The notes: a model not told the origin generated them from the sequence alone. Shown: positions 8,799 through 19,828, counted from the first letter of the stretch. The stretch is 64,000 bases of DNA from Patescibacteria group bacterium UBA2773 (GCA_002352465.1 DEIN01000014.1:4429-68428); one strand, 5' to 3'. Numbers and translations are program-made.

Positions 8799-10262
8799 CT
8801 AATAGTCTCTCAACTTCTCCATCCCTTTCATCGACCGGATTTTCTCCAACGCCTTAGCCTCAATCTGTCTAATTCGCTCTCGAGTCACTCCAAATTCATT
8901 TCCTACTTCCTCTAAAGTATGCATTACTCCATCTTCCAAACCGAACCTAATTCGCAAAATCTTTTGTTCTCGCAAAGTCAATTGTTCCAAAACTTCATTT
9001 AAATGTTTTTTTAACAAAGTTCTTGAAGCAATTTGATTTGGCGCAATCGAGTCAGTGTCTTCCACAAAATCGCTCAAAACGCTATCACTATCATCCCCAC
9101 CAATCGAAGTTTCAAGTGAAATAGTCTCTTGAGAAACTTTGATAATATGTCGCACTTTTTTCACTTCTAAGTTCATTTCAACTGCAATTTCTTCTGGCAA
9201 AGGCTCTCGTCCCAATTCCTGAACCAAACTTCTAACTACTTGAATGTATTTATTAATAGTTTCCACCATATGAACTGGAATTCTAATCGTCCTAGATTGA
9301 TCAGCAATCGCTCGAGTCACCGCTTGTCTGATCCACCAAGTAGCATAGGTCGAAAACTTATAACCTCGCCTGTAATCAAATTTTTCCACCGCCCGAAAAA
9401 GACCAATATTCCCTTCTTGAATTAAATCCAAAAAAGAAAGGCTGTGACTTCTTCCAACATATTTCTTGGCGATTGAAACCACCAATCGAAGATTAGCTTC
9501 AGTCAATCTTTGTCTTGCCATCTGGTCACCTTTTTCAGTCGCCTTAGCCAAAGAAACTTCCTCATCTTGAGTTAACAAATTCACTTTTCCGATTTCCCTC
9601 AAATACATCTGAATAGAATCAGTATCCTTGAAATCAACTGTTTCTCGAACTTGACTTCCCGCCTCAGTCTTAGCTTTAGCCAAAGCTTCGGCTTTTTCAG
9701 CAGCTTTTTGAGAATAACCTTTTTTGGCTTCAGCTTTTTTCTTTTTGGCCTCTTCCTTTTTCTTATCTTCTTTGTCTTGAATTTCTTTTTCAATTTCGGC
9801 TTTAATAACATCTTCGGAAGAAAGAATTTTAACTCCAAATTTCTCTGCTCCATCATAAAAAATTTCTAATTCTTCGATATTTTTTTCAATATCTCCCAAT
9901 TCATGCAAAATTTCATCTTCCGTCACGAAACCTCTCTGTTGCCCTCGCTTAATTAAATCTTCAATTTTTTTATTCTCAAACTTGGCCTCTCGACTTTTAG
10001 CTGGCTTTCTTTTTGAAGTTGTTTTTTTAGCTGGTTTTTCTGGTGGTTTTTCATTGGGATTTTTCTTGACTTTCGGCTCAACTGCTTTTAAAGAAATTTT
10101 CTTAACTTCTTTTTTGACCACTTTTTTCTTATTAGCGGGTTTTTCTACGCTATTTTTTTTGAATATTTTTTTAACCGCACTTTTAAAAGTCCCAGTTTTT
10201 TTGACCTCTTTCACCTTGTTAGAAACCTTGCTTGTTTTTGAACTACTAACTTTTTTCACCAT
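8799..10262 (-). CDS. rpoD: Primary sigma factor RpoD
   Basis: [47 protein letters not shown] and [13 protein letters not shown]; downstream of dnaG. Confidence 0.97.
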   Translation of the reverse strand: MVKKVSSSKTSKVSNKVKEVKKTGTFKSAVKKIFKKNSVEKPANKKKVVKKEVKKISLKAVEPKVKKNPNEKPPEKPAKKTTSKRKPAKSREAKFENKKIEDLIKRGQQRGFVTEDEILHELGDIEKNIEELEIFYDGAEKFGVKILSSEDVIKAEIEKEIQDKEDKKKEEAKKKKAEAKKGYSQKAAEKAEALAKAKTEAGSQVRETVDFKDTDSIQMYLREIGKVNLLTQDEEVSLAKATEKGDQMARQRLTEANLRLVVSIAKKYVGRSHSLSFLDLIQEGNIGLFRAVEKFDYRRGYKFSTYATWWIRQAVTRAIADQSRTIRIPVHMVETINKYIQVVRSLVQELGREPLPEEIAVEMNLEVKKVRHIIKVSQETISLETSIGGDDSDSVLSDFVEDTDSIAPNQIASRTLLKKHLNEVLEQLTLREQKILRIRFGLEDGVMHTLEEVGNEFGVTRERIRQIEAKALEKIRSMKGMEKLRDY

Positions 10263-10266
10263 ATTA

Positions 10267-12048
10267 TTATTTTAATTTTTCTAAATCTTTAGAAATTTTT
10301 GAAAATTCTTCCATCAAAATGTTCAAGCTCTCTTCGTCATTTTTTTCCTCAGCCATTTTTATATCCTTGATAATATTAGCCAAAAGTTCTTCTTTTCTGA
10401 ATACTTTTATTTTTTCACAAGTCTCCTGCCAATCAAAACCTGAATCAATCTCATTTTCTTCTAATCCCTCTTTATTATAAGTATAATTAATTTGCGCTTC
10501 TAATTGACTAATTTTAGCAGAAATTTTCTTAGTTTTTCCTTCAAAAATTTTATTCCAAATAACTTGGTGCTCTTGATCTAATAAATCAATTTCAAAACTC
10601 TTAATTTGTTTTGTCAACTGTTTCTGATACAAAACAACCAACCCCAAGAGTCTTTCTTGCAATTGAATTATTTTCGACTTTTCAGTTGTAGTTCCTTCGT
10701 CATTTTGAGTAGTTGGTCTTTTCTGGTTTACCTTATCCTCTTTTATTTTAACTCGTTCCAATACTTCAGTCAATGTATCCTCCTCGATTTCAATAGCATC
10801 TGACAGTTTTCTAATCCAATAACTCTGTTCGATCAAATCAGAAATATCCTTAATAATATTTAATAATTTATGAGCAATGATTTTTTTGCCCTTTGGGTTT
10901 TCTTTATCATTTTTGCTGATAATGGTTGAGAAAAAATAGTCCATTACTTGCCGAGAATTTTTAATCGCCTTTTTCCAAGCCGGAACATCTTTAATCACCA
11001 AATCATTAACGTCCTTAAAACCATCTGGCAATAAAATGATTTCAACATCAATGTCCTCCGCCAAACACAGCTGAACACTTTTGGTGGCCGCTTTTTGTCC
11101 CGCTTCATCCATATCAAAACAAAGCTTAAAATTCTTAGTGTATCTTTTTAGAATATTAATTTGGTCAGGCGTCAAAGCTGTTCCCGAAACTGCTACTGTA
11201 TTTTTCACTCCCGCACTAAAAGAAGAAACAACGTCCAAATTTCCCTCAACAATAATTACGTAATCTAACTTTTTTATTTCCATCTTCGCTTGGCTCAAAC
11301 CATAAATTACTCGACTCTTATCATAAATTGGAGACTGCGAAGTATTAATATATTTAGCATTTTTTTCATCGCCCCCTGGCAATACTCGCGCTGAATAACC
11401 CACCACTCGGTCTAAAACATCAATCACTGGAAACATAATCCGATTGCGAAACCGATCATAATAATCAGCTTTCAATGCCCCAGAAGTTCCATCTTTTTGC
11501 ACCATTAAGCCTGAACGAGCAATATCAACTAAATTATGATTTCGACTTAAAAGAAATTCTAACAAATTAGTCCAAGTATCTGGCGCAAAACCAATTCTGA
11601 ATTCTTTAAACTGAGCTAATTTGATAGTTCGATCTTTCAAATATTTTTTAATTGGCTCAGCTTTGACTGATTTCTCAAATTGATATTGATAAAATTTAGC
11701 TGACACTTCCAAAATTTCATACAATTTTTGTTTTTGACTTTTTTCTTCTGGATTAATTTTCTGAAATTTTGGCAAATCCACTCCCGTTCGCTCCGCCAAT
11801 CGCTCTAAGGCTTCCCGAAATTCCAGACCTTCAATCTCCATCAAAAAAGAAAAGATATCACCGCCTTTTTGACAGCCGAAACAATACCAAAAATTTCGCT
11901 CAACGTTTACCATAAAAGACGGGGTTTTTTCGTTGTGAAAAGGACATAAGGCCTTATAGTTTGTTCCAGATTTTTCCAACTTTAAATATTCTCCGATTAA
12001 CTCTGAGACATTCAATCGCTCCTTAACTTGTTCAACAGCATCCGCCAT
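10267..12048 (-). CDS. dnaG: DNA primase
   Basis: CHC2 zinc finger ([11 protein letters not shown]...CFGC), [25 protein letters not shown] and FDMDEAG. Confidence 0.97.
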   Translation of the reverse strand: MADAVEQVKERLNVSELIGEYLKLEKSGTNYKALCPFHNEKTPSFMVNVERNFWYCFGCQKGGDIFSFLMEIEGLEFREALERLAERTGVDLPKFQKINPEEKSQKQKLYEILEVSAKFYQYQFEKSVKAEPIKKYLKDRTIKLAQFKEFRIGFAPDTWTNLLEFLLSRNHNLVDIARSGLMVQKDGTSGALKADYYDRFRNRIMFPVIDVLDRVVGYSARVLPGGDEKNAKYINTSQSPIYDKSRVIYGLSQAKMEIKKLDYVIIVEGNLDVVSSFSAGVKNTVAVSGTALTPDQINILKRYTKNFKLCFDMDEAGQKAATKSVQLCLAEDIDVEIILLPDGFKDVNDLVIKDVPAWKKAIKNSRQVMDYFFSTIISKNDKENPKGKKIIAHKLLNIIKDISDLIEQSYWIRKLSDAIEIEEDTLTEVLERVKIKEDKVNQKRPTTQNDEGTTTEKSKIIQLQERLLGLVVLYQKQLTKQIKSFEIDLLDQEHQVIWNKIFEGKTKKISAKISQLEAQINYTYNKEGLEENEIDSGFDWQETCEKIKVFRKEELLANIIKDIKMAEEKNDEESLNILMEEFSKISKDLEKLK

Positions 12049-12307
12049 AATTAAAGTTATTTCTTAGAATATTTAATATAACTTATATTGAGGCTTGAAT
12101 CTAGTAAAAATAATTATCTCAATTATCCAAAGCTCAAATTGTTTCAAATTATTCAAATCAAATCTAAATGAAAAATTATTAAAATCCAAAATAATTTGGT
12201 TTTTGGTTTTGATTTTAAATTAATTTGAAATAATTTTAATTTTGACATTTTCAAACAATGTTTATCTGAATATTAAGCATTGAATGAATATTGGATATTG
12301 AATATTT

Positions 12308-13453
12308 TTAATCCTCTTTCGGTCGTTCAATCAGCTCCCGATTAGATTCAACCGCTTTTTTATCAGCAATTCTCAAAACATCTTTATCAATTTTACCTAG
12401 TTCTTTGCTAGCGTTATTATAGTGGTTAACAGTAGTTGACAAAGAGCCTCCAACTTTACCAAAAAAATCTTCATAGCCTTTCAAATGTCGCCCCAATTTC
12501 TCCACATTTTTTTGAATATGTTTAGCCGATTCTTCAATTTGCAAAGATCGTAAACCTTGCAAAACAGTTTGCAAATAAGCCAAAAATGAAGTTGGAGAAA
12601 CAATCACCACGTGTTTTTCCTTAAAAGCATATTCAATCAAATCCCGAGAAACTGACTTGGCCATTCCAACCTTATTAATCAAAAGATCATAATAAATTGA
12701 TTCAGACGGAATAAACATAAAAGCAAAATCAGTTGTTTTTTCTTTAGGTCGAATATATTTTGAAGTTTCATCAATTCGATTTTTTAAATCTTGTTTAAAC
12801 TCTCTCCCAATTTTCTCTCGATCTTCCTTTCTACATTTCAAAAGCTGTTCATATTTTTCCAAAGAAAATTTAGAATCAACTGGAATCACTTTATCCTTAA
12901 CAAAAATCGCCGCATCCACCGCTTCCCCATTTTTGAACCGATATTGCATTTGGAAATTATGCGGAGGCAAAACATTTTTCAAAGTTTCTTCCAAAAAATA
13001 TTCCCCCAAGACCCCTCGCTGTTTCGGATTTCTCAAAATATCTTGCAAATCTTTGAGTTGTGAAGAAAAATTAACCACCTGCTTGTTGGTTTCATCCAAT
13101 TTCGTCAACTTCTCCGTTACTTCTCGAATCGACTGATTGGAATGTTTAGCCATTTCATTGAATTGAGTATTGATTTGCTCAAATAAACTTCGGCTTTCTT
13201 TCGACAAACCTTTTGACATTTCTTGAAAAACTTGATTACTATCTTTCAATTGCCCTTTGGTTATTTTGTTTATTTCTGACAATTTATGGTCCATAATCTC
13301 CGACATTTGACCCATCCGTTGTTGCATCATCAACATCGATTTATCATCTGTTGAGCCTTTTCTTAAATCAGTCAGTTTCTGATTCAGCAAAAAAATCGTG
13401 CCACCAGCGAGGATTATTAGGATTAGTAGGAAGATTATTATTAAGATGTCCAT
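12308..13453 (-). CDS. rmuC: DNA recombination protein RmuC
   Basis: N-terminal TM, coiled coil, RGVLGE, VDSKF, TTDFAFMFIPSESIY and VSPT. Confidence 0.93.
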   Translation of the reverse strand: MDILIIIFLLILIILAGGTIFLLNQKLTDLRKGSTDDKSMLMMQQRMGQMSEIMDHKLSEINKITKGQLKDSNQVFQEMSKGLSKESRSLFEQINTQFNEMAKHSNQSIREVTEKLTKLDETNKQVVNFSSQLKDLQDILRNPKQRGVLGEYFLEETLKNVLPPHNFQMQYRFKNGEAVDAAIFVKDKVIPVDSKFSLEKYEQLLKCRKEDREKIGREFKQDLKNRIDETSKYIRPKEKTTDFAFMFIPSESIYYDLLINKVGMAKSVSRDLIEYAFKEKHVVIVSPTSFLAYLQTVLQGLRSLQIEESAKHIQKNVEKLGRHLKGYEDFFGKVGGSLSTTVNHYNNASKELGKIDKDVLRIADKKAVESNRELIERPKED

Positions 13454-13556
13454 GGTTTAGAATATTAATTTTGAATTTTAAATTTTAAATTTTGATTCAA
13501 TTTTGAATGACTTAATTTTAAATCTTAAATCAAGCCACTGCAATTTAATTTTAATC

Positions 13557-13584
13557 TGTCATTCCCGCGCAGGCGGGAATCCAG
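13557..13584. repeat. REP-like palindrome GTCATTCCCGCGnAGGCGGGAATCC
   Basis: tgtcattcccgcgcaggcgggaatccag; second copy at 51988-52015. Confidence 0.8.
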
Positions 13585-13695
13585 CTAAATTTACAATTAA
13601 TTTAAAATAATTTAGTTTTTACTTTTTATATCTTTCTATTTTTTTAAATTATACCCTAAAAAAGCTGGGGTTTCAAAAATTGAACCTAGATACTA

Positions 13696-13724
13696 TTGAC
13701 AAAAAACATTAAATATACCATGAT
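13696..13724 (+). promoter_or_regulatory. Putative sigma70 promoter
   Basis: TTGACA-17 nt-CATGAT; similar to 14315-14343. Confidence 0.5.
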
Positions 13725-13907
13725 CATATTTCAAATGAAAAAATAGTTAGTTCTTTTAAATAATTTTTTCATTTAATTCTCTAAATTTTTAGATTGTTAA
13801 CTATTGAGGATATCAACTGTTAATTAATGTGATATTTTCAATAGTCGACAACTAAAAAAATTCCTCCCAGCATTTCGCTGAAAGGAAACAGCTTTAAGGA
13901 GAAAAAA

Positions 13908-14201
13908 ATGAAAAAAGATGAAAAAAGTAAAGAAATGAAAAAAATGAAAAAAATTGAGATTGAACTCCTAATAGCCCAATTAGGAATAACGGCTTTATCG
14001 TTAGCCCTCGTGGTGCTAACGATTATTTCCTCCTGCGAATTCATTAGAATATCGCTTAACTCAGAAGTTGATTTTTCGATGAGAGACATTCTTTTCATCG
14101 GCTTCTGTCTTATTTTTGCTTTTTTGGGTATATTTTTAATAATAAATTTTTTCGCAAATATAATTGAGGCCATATTAATAAAAAAGAAATTTTCAGATTA
14201 A
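13908..14201 (+). CDS. Small two-TM membrane protein
   Basis: SD AAGGAG before ATG; two hydrophobic helices; terminator downstream. Confidence 0.65.
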   Translation: MKKDEKSKEMKKMKKIEIELLIAQLGITALSLALVVLTIISSCEFIRISLNSEVDFSMRDILFIGFCLIFAFLGIFLIINFFANIIEAILIKKKFSD

Positions 14202-14216
14202 ATCTCTGAAAATTTT

Positions 14217-14257
14217 AAAAAAAACCGACGCCAGAACTTTTGGCTGTTCGGTTTTTT
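14217..14257 (+). terminator. Rho-independent terminator
   Basis: aaaaaaccgacgcca...tggctgttcggtttttt. Confidence 0.7.
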
Positions 14258-14314
14258 ATTTTGACTAAAAACAGCTTTGTTGAATTTTTGATTTTAAAAA
14301 AGGCTTATATTCTA

Positions 14315-14343
14315 TTGACAATTATTTCCTTTTGTACCATAGT
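14315..14343 (+). promoter_or_regulatory. Putative sigma70 promoter
   Basis: TTGACA-17 nt-CATAGT. Confidence 0.5.
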
Positions 14344-14400
14344 TATAAATTAGTAAAAATCAGCACCTTAATTTAAACTTATTTACGAAAAGGAGATTTC

Positions 14401-14616
14401 ATGAAATCAACAAAAGAAGTGAGTAAGAAAATATTTTTTAGATTAGCAGTTTCAATCTTAATAACTTTAATCTCCATCCCAATAATTTTAGAGTTGAAAC
14501 TCGATAAAATTCCGGGTTTTTTATGCGTCTTTTATTTTATTCTTTTTGTCGGACTATGGCTTTTAATAAAGTCAACAACTAAAAACCCAATCAAAGAAGA
14601 AGAAGAAGAAACTTAG
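14401..14616 (+). CDS. Small two-TM membrane protein
   Basis: SD AAGGAG; two hydrophobic helices and an acidic tail. Confidence 0.65.
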   Translation: MKSTKEVSKKIFFRLAVSILITLISIPIILELKLDKIPGFLCVFYFILFVGLWLLIKSTTKNPIKEEEEET

Positions 14617-14634
14617 TAAAACTTTCACTTTTTC

Positions 14635-14676
14635 AAAAAAACCGGCCCCAGAATTCTCTGGATCAGCCGGTTTTTT
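14635..14676 (+). terminator. Rho-independent terminator
   Basis: aaaaaaccggccccaga...tctggatcagccggtttttt. Confidence 0.7.
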
Positions 14677-14788
14677 ATTTTGCAAATTTTTGAATTTTAA
14701 AAATTAGAATTTGGTTCTTATTTAGAATTTGAGATTTTTAATTTTTAATTTGTTTGTTTCTTGTATCCTTGTATCTTGTATCTTTCAA

Positions 14789-15712
14789 TCAAACCTTTGC
14801 TCCCGTCTCCTCCAAATCCTCCACTCTCTCCCATTCTTCATCCACTTTTCCTTGGATATCCTTAATTAACGCTTCTTTATTTTTACTTTTAAAAATATGT
14901 TTAAATCGTCCTTGAGTTTGCATAAATTCTTCAATTTTCAACCTGCTCTTTGGCCGATAGCTAATCTTATATTTGCCGTTAATAACTTCATACAACGGCC
15001 AAAAGCAAGTCTTCGTTCCTAGTTTAGCAATTTCGATAGTCTTCTTCGGCGAATGTTGCCATTGATTAGGACATGGTGAAAAAACTAAAATAAAAGATGG
15101 TCCTTTGGTTTCAAAGGCTTTTTTGACTTTAGCTTGAAAATCATCAATAAATCCAACGTTGGCTGTTGCAACATAATCAATATGATGTCCAGCCACAATT
15201 GTTGCCAAATCTTTTCTAATTACTTCTTTCCCAAAAGATTCCTTTCCAGCTGGAGTAGTTTCAGTCGAAGCACCAAAGGGCGTTCCACCACTTCTTTGAT
15301 TACCAGTATTCATATAGGCTCCATTATCGTAGCAAACATAAAGAAAATCGTGTTTCCGCTCCAACGCTCCCGAAAGTGCTTGCAACCCAATATCATAAGT
15401 CCCTCCGTCGCCTCCGAAAGCCACAAATTTAACTGGCTTTTCAGTTTTTATTTTTCCTTTTTTCAACAAAGCTTTATAGGCCGTTTCCATTCCCGAAACG
15501 GTCGCTCCAGCATTTCCAAAAACACTATGGATATAAGGAACTTTCCAAGAAGTATTAGGATAAATAGTTGTTGTCACTTCCATGCAACCAGTGGCATTGG
15601 TCACGGCAATTGGATTGTCTGTGCCATTTAAAACTGTTCGAGCAATAATGCCAATTGGGCAACCGGCGCAAGTACCGGAAGTTGAAATTTTTTGTTTATT
15701 TTTTTTAATCAT
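14789..15712 (-). CDS. porB: Pyruvate/2-oxoacid:ferredoxin oxidoreductase beta subunit
   Basis: CAGC, NATGC, TPP motif GGDGGTYDIG...YDNGAYMNTG. Start placed at ATG 15712 because the upstream ORF extension is repeat DNA. Confidence 0.93.
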   Translation of the reverse strand: MIKKNKQKISTSGTCAGCPIGIIARTVLNGTDNPIAVTNATGCMEVTTTIYPNTSWKVPYIHSVFGNAGATVSGMETAYKALLKKGKIKTEKPVKFVAFGGDGGTYDIGLQALSGALERKHDFLYVCYDNGAYMNTGNQRSGGTPFGASTETTPAGKESFGKEVIRKDLATIVAGHHIDYVATANVGFIDDFQAKVKKAFETKGPSFILVFSPCPNQWQHSPKKTIEIAKLGTKTCFWPLYEVINGKYKISYRPKSRLKIEEFMQTQGRFKHIFKSKNKEALIKDIQGKVDEEWERVEDLEETGAKV

Positions 15713-15748
15713 AATTAAACTATTATTAATATTAGTCTCATTCTCCGT

Positions 15749-15897
15749 TAAGACACAAGGAACAAGGGCACAAGAAATAAACAAACCTCAAATTAGAAAT
15801 TAAAAATATCAAACTTTGAAAAACCGTAGGTTTTTTTAATTTGAGTTTTTTAATTTTTAATTTGTTTGTATCTTGCATCTTGTATCTTGTGTCCTTA
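15749..15897. repeat. Heptamer-repeat hairpin
   Basis: aagacacaaggaacaagggcacaagaaataaacaaa...tttgtttgtatcttgcatcttgtatcttgtgtcctt; a similar right arm lies at 14745-14783. Confidence 0.7.
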
Positions 15898-15928
15898 AAA
15901 AGTTCTTCTTTTTAATAAAATTTTCTAA

Positions 15929-17059
15929 TTACATTAAAAAATAAGGACTATCTTTTTTCCCCTCAAAAATTTCTTCAATTTGCCTTTCGTAGATGTCTCT
16001 CCCTCCCAATCCATAAATCACACTTTCTAATTCGGCGCCTAACGCCTTCTGAACTTCGCTAGCCAAAACCTGCTGAGATCCAAAAGTCATATTTCGATCC
16101 ATCACCACTACTCGTTTAATTCTCTTTAAAGCTTTTTGAACTTCCCCATAAGGAAACGGTCTAAACAATCTGATTTTCAATAATCCAACTTTTTTTCCTT
16201 CCGCTCGCATTTTATCAACCACACTAGCAATCGTTCCACAAGTTGAACCCATTGCTACTATCACAGTTTCAGCATTTTCCGTTTCGCAAGCCTCAATCTG
16301 TTCATATTTTCTACCTGATAGTTCACCGAATTCTTTCGTAATTTCATTAAACTCAGCTCGAGCTTTTTCCATTGCATCATAAATTTGTTTTCGAAATTCA
16401 AAATAACTATCAGGCAAAGCAATCGCACCAAAAGTTTTAGGTTTTTCAAAATCCAAAAGATGTTGTTCTGGCTGATATTCTCCGATAAATTTATAGATCA
16501 ATCCATCGGCCAATAGTTCCAAATTCTCCACACTATGCGAAAGAATAAACCCGTCCAAATTGACTGTCGCTGGCAATAAAACTTTTTCTGCCAATTTCAA
16601 AGCAATAAAAGTATTGTCATAGGCCTCTTGAGCATTTTCGGAAAAAATTTGAATCCAACCAGTATCTCGCATCGCCATTGCATCCGAATGATCACAATGG
16701 ATATTCAAGGGTCCAGAAATCGCCCTGTTAGCTACCGCCATCACAATCGGCAATCGCATCGCCGAGGCCACTGGCAAAACTTCCATCATATACATAATTC
16801 CCTGAGAAGCTGAAGCAGTCATAGTTCTCGCTCCTGAGGCTGAAGCTCCAATACAAGCGCTCATCGCACTATGTTCTGATTCAACCTGAATCATTTCAGT
16901 ATCAGCTTTTCCGTTGGCCACTTTCCGTGCCAAATACTCCACGATTGGAGTCTGCGGAGTAATCGGATAAACCGCCATCACATCTGGATTAATTTGAGTC
17001 ATCGCTTCTCCAACTGCAAATCCGCCAGTCAACGCAACTTTTTTATTTTTATTTATCAT
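15929..17059 (-). CDS. porA: Pyruvate/2-oxoacid:ferredoxin oxidoreductase alpha subunit
   Basis: YPITPQT, VESEHSAMSA, NRAISGPLNIHCDHSD and YGLGGRD. Confidence 0.95.
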   Translation of the reverse strand: MINKNKKVALTGGFAVGEAMTQINPDVMAVYPITPQTPIVEYLARKVANGKADTEMIQVESEHSAMSACIGASASGARTMTASASQGIMYMMEVLPVASAMRLPIVMAVANRAISGPLNIHCDHSDAMAMRDTGWIQIFSENAQEAYDNTFIALKLAEKVLLPATVNLDGFILSHSVENLELLADGLIYKFIGEYQPEQHLLDFEKPKTFGAIALPDSYFEFRKQIYDAMEKARAEFNEITKEFGELSGRKYEQIEACETENAETVIVAMGSTCGTIASVVDKMRAEGKKVGLLKIRLFRPFPYGEVQKALKRIKRVVVMDRNMTFGSQQVLASEVQKALGAELESVIYGLGGRDIYERQIEEIFEGKKDSPYFLM

Positions 17060-17066
17060 ATTTACT

Positions 17067-17300
17067 TTATAAACTTTTTAACTTTATAAACTTACACACT
17101 TCATCAAAACTCCCTACCACTTCATCCGCCAAATCTATCACATTTAATCGAACAACATTTTCAGTAAAAGCCAAGAAATGATCCGCCATTTCTTCTCTTC
17201 TAATTTCATAGTCCGTCCAACCATCCCCCATCGCAAAAACTTTTCCCTTCAAATTAAAAGCTTCAACTTGCTTGACTTTTCCCTGAGTTTTTGACAATAA
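17067..17300 (-). pseudogene. C-terminal fragment of a HAD-IB (phosphoserine phosphatase-like) hydrolase
   Basis: GKVKQV (motif III Lys) and AMGDGWTDYE (motif IV) present; N-terminal DxD motif absent. Confidence 0.65.
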
Positions 17301-17301
17301 A

Positions 17302-17586
17302 TTAGTCGTCTTTTTTGACCATCTTGATGGCTTGAACAGGACAAGTTTCAGCACACAACTCGCATCCCTTACAATATCTCAAATCAACTATCGCTCTATT
17401 TTTTCCATTTACTTCTTCTATTCTGATTGCACCTTCTGGACAAAATTTTACGCACTGTCCGCAAGCAATACATTTCTCACTAACCTCTGGTTTGATTTCT
17501 GACCATTCACCAGTTGGCGGATAATTTTTTTCATCATTTTCAATTACACCACCTTGTTCTTGACCTTTGTTATTTTCATTTTTCAT
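17302..17586 (-). CDS. porD: Oxidoreductase delta subunit (2[4Fe-4S] ferredoxin-like)
   Basis: TGEW, CIACGQCVKFCPE and YCKGCELCAETCP. Confidence 0.92.
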   Translation of the reverse strand: MKNENNKGQEQGGVIENDEKNYPPTGEWSEIKPEVSEKCIACGQCVKFCPEGAIRIEEVNGKNRAIVDLRYCKGCELCAETCPVQAIKMVKKDD

Positions 17587-18133
17587 AAGCCACTTTAATT
17601 GCATTAATATTCTGATTAGTTTTCTCCGATCCTATTTTCTCCTGATATTTATTACGAAAAACTTTAACTAAGTTTTCCAATTCAACCGCCTCTGTCACTT
17701 TCGAAAATTTTCCTAATATCACAGTATTAGGACGATTTTCACCAACTACTTCTTTTGAAATCCCCGAAGCGTCAACTACTACTAAATTTCCTTTAAAATT
17801 AATTTCTTTCAAAATTGCTTCTTTAGTTTTGCAAGTATTAATTATCAAAGAAGAATCTTCACTTAAATTTTCAAATCCTTCAAAAATTTCCAATAAAGTT
17901 TCATCCAGAACCATAAAACAGTCTGGATTAGTAATCGGCTCTCTCGTTCTAATTGGCTTGTCAAAAATTCGAACAAAAGTCTTAACTGGCGCACCACTTC
18001 GCTCTGGACCAAATTCAGGATATGCCTGAACGAATTTCCTTTCCAACAAAGCCCCTTGAGCAATTATTTCCGCAGTCGTTTTAGCTCCTTGTCCTCCCCG
18101 ACCATAAATTATTATTTCTAATATTTTCTTCAT
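17576..18133 (-). CDS. porC: Oxidoreductase gamma subunit
   Basis: GRGGQGAKT, PEFGPERSGAPV and PNTVILG. Confidence 0.94.
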   Translation of the reverse strand: MKKILEIIIYGRGGQGAKTTAEIIAQGALLERKFVQAYPEFGPERSGAPVKTFVRIFDKPIRTREPITNPDCFMVLDETLLEIFEGFENLSEDSSLIINTCKTKEAILKEINFKGNLVVVDASGISKEVVGENRPNTVILGKFSKVTEAVELENLVKVFRNKYQEKIGSEKTNQNINAIKVAYEK

Positions 18134-18147
18134 TTTTATTCTTAATT

Positions 18148-19302
18148 TTATTTTAATTGTTTTTTGACTATTTCGATTATATCATCTTTTTGAAAAATTC
18201 CATTAAGAAATTCATCGCCAACGAAAGAAGACGGTGTTCCAGCAATTCCGAACTGGTCTCCTTGTTCAATTGATTCTAAAATTAAATCTTTGCTACTTTC
18301 AAAGTTAACACATTCATCAAACTGTTTTTTATCTAAACCTATTTTCAATACATATTGATCAAAAATTTTGAAATCTTCAGCCTCGCTCCAATCAGCTTGA
18401 TTAGCAAAAAGCAAGTCAGCCATTTCCTCAAATCGTCCTTGTTCATAAGCACATCTACCAACCAAAGCAGCGCTAATTGCTTGCCCTTGCAAATCTAACG
18501 GAAAATTTTTATAAACCATCACCAACTGCTCCCCGGTAAATTCAGTTCGAGCCTCTTTGGCTGCTTCATAAAAAATTTTAGAATAAGGACATTGAAAATC
18601 AAAAAATGTAACTAGTTTGACTTGGGCATTTTTATCTCCAATCACGATATCACCTTCTTTATCCTCTGGAATTTCTAAATATTTTCCCGCCGAAATTCCC
18701 AAAGCCGTTGAATTCAAAATCAATCCATCAGCTTTCCTGTCAAATATTTCTTGAACCTGCTCTTCTTGAAAAAAACTAGCTTCTTGAATTTTTTGATCAA
18801 AGACAAAAGATGGAATAGTTTTCAAGTCATATTTTTCAATTAACCTAGTCCCTTCAGCTGAATTTTCGAAAACTTTATTAATCACCATAGTCGGAATAAA
18901 TTTTTTCATCCAAACTAAAATTTCATCAGCATTACAAGTTGGACAATCTTTTTCGTTCTCAATCACCAAAATATCGACCTTAATAGCTGGTTCATCATAA
19001 GCTACCCAAGTTTTATCTCCTAATTCAAACACATCTGCTCCCCTTAAAGCTCTTTCTGAATAACCACTTTTCATTAATAATTGTATTGTATCTACAAACA
19101 AACTTCCCACAGACAAACCAACAACAACGATAATAACAGAAATCAAGTTTTGAATTTTCTTATTAGTGTCTTTCTGACTTTCGATATCATCCAAGGTCAT
19201 TCCGTTCTTAGATCTTTCAACTGTTTCTTGACTAGAAGTAATTTTTATTTTTTCATTTTTATTTTTTCTATTTTCTTTTCCCTCCTTATTTTTTTTAATC
19301 AT
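18148..19302 (-). CDS. Membrane-anchored DsbA-like protein with two thioredoxin-fold domains
   Basis: TM helix; CPTC; DFQCPYS (CxxS); GTPS cis-Pro loop. Confidence 0.85.
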   Translation of the reverse strand: MIKKNKEGKENRKNKNEKIKITSSQETVERSKNGMTLDDIESQKDTNKKIQNLISVIIVVVGLSVGSLFVDTIQLLMKSGYSERALRGADVFELGDKTWVAYDEPAIKVDILVIENEKDCPTCNADEILVWMKKFIPTMVINKVFENSAEGTRLIEKYDLKTIPSFVFDQKIQEASFFQEEQVQEIFDRKADGLILNSTALGISAGKYLEIPEDKEGDIVIGDKNAQVKLVTFFDFQCPYSKIFYEAAKEARTEFTGEQLVMVYKNFPLDLQGQAISAALVGRCAYEQGRFEEMADLLFANQADWSEAEDFKIFDQYVLKIGLDKKQFDECVNFESSKDLILESIEQGDQFGIAGTPSSFVGDEFLNGIFQKDDIIEIVKKQLK

Positions 19303-19325
19303 TTTTTTGATTTAAAAATAAGGCT

Positions 19326-19598
19326 CTAATTAATTTCAATATTATTATTTCTATCTTTTATTTCTATTAGTTCCTTTTCAATTTTATCGTTTTTCAAAAT
19401 TTCGGAATCATTATAACCGACAGTAATAGTTCTTGAGGCTTGCGATTTCAACATTATTCCAATCAAAAATCCTAAAATAAATAATGAAAATAACTTACAT
19501 CGAGCTATCAAAATTTCATTTTTAAACAAATTTTTCCAAATTTTCTTTCTATTAAATCTCATATTATGACTATTAAAACCCTCCTTTTCTGTCATCAA
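19326..19598 (-). CDS. Hypothetical single-TM protein
   Basis: FILGFLIGIMLK...TITVGYND; co-oriented with the DsbA-like gene. Confidence 0.6.
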   Translation of the reverse strand: MMTEKEGFNSHNMRFNRKKIWKNLFKNEILIARCKLFSLFILGFLIGIMLKSQASRTITVGYNDSEILKNDKIEKELIEIKDRNNNIEIN

Positions 19599-19653
19599 AT
19601 AATTCCCTCATAACATCTATAGAATATCATATTTAGAGAACTCTTACAATTAA

Positions 19654-19828
19654 GAACTGTTTCCAATCACAGTTTTACCTGTCTCGTCAAAGCTCTAGCA
19701 TCGGTAAGTGACGAAATTTTCTAATTTTGAGGTAATTTTTTTAAAATTTTAGTAGGAGCAATAATTAAAGGTAAACTCTTGAGCCAAAAGTAGAAAATCG
19801 CAGTAAAAAGGGTGATTGGAAACAGTCC
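19654..19828. repeat. Long palindrome, family B, carrying a small palindromic insert
   Basis: Terminal repeat actgtttccaatcac/gtgattggaaacagt; close copy at 57871-58065. Confidence 0.85.

Noticed and set aside
9240-10275. Short ORFs overlapping rpoD, and similar shadow ORFs across the window
   Set aside because: Antisense or off-frame products of AT-rich coding sequence with no motifs.
13838-14173. 111-aa minus-strand ORF
   Set aside because: Antisense to the + ORF that has a promoter, SD and terminator.
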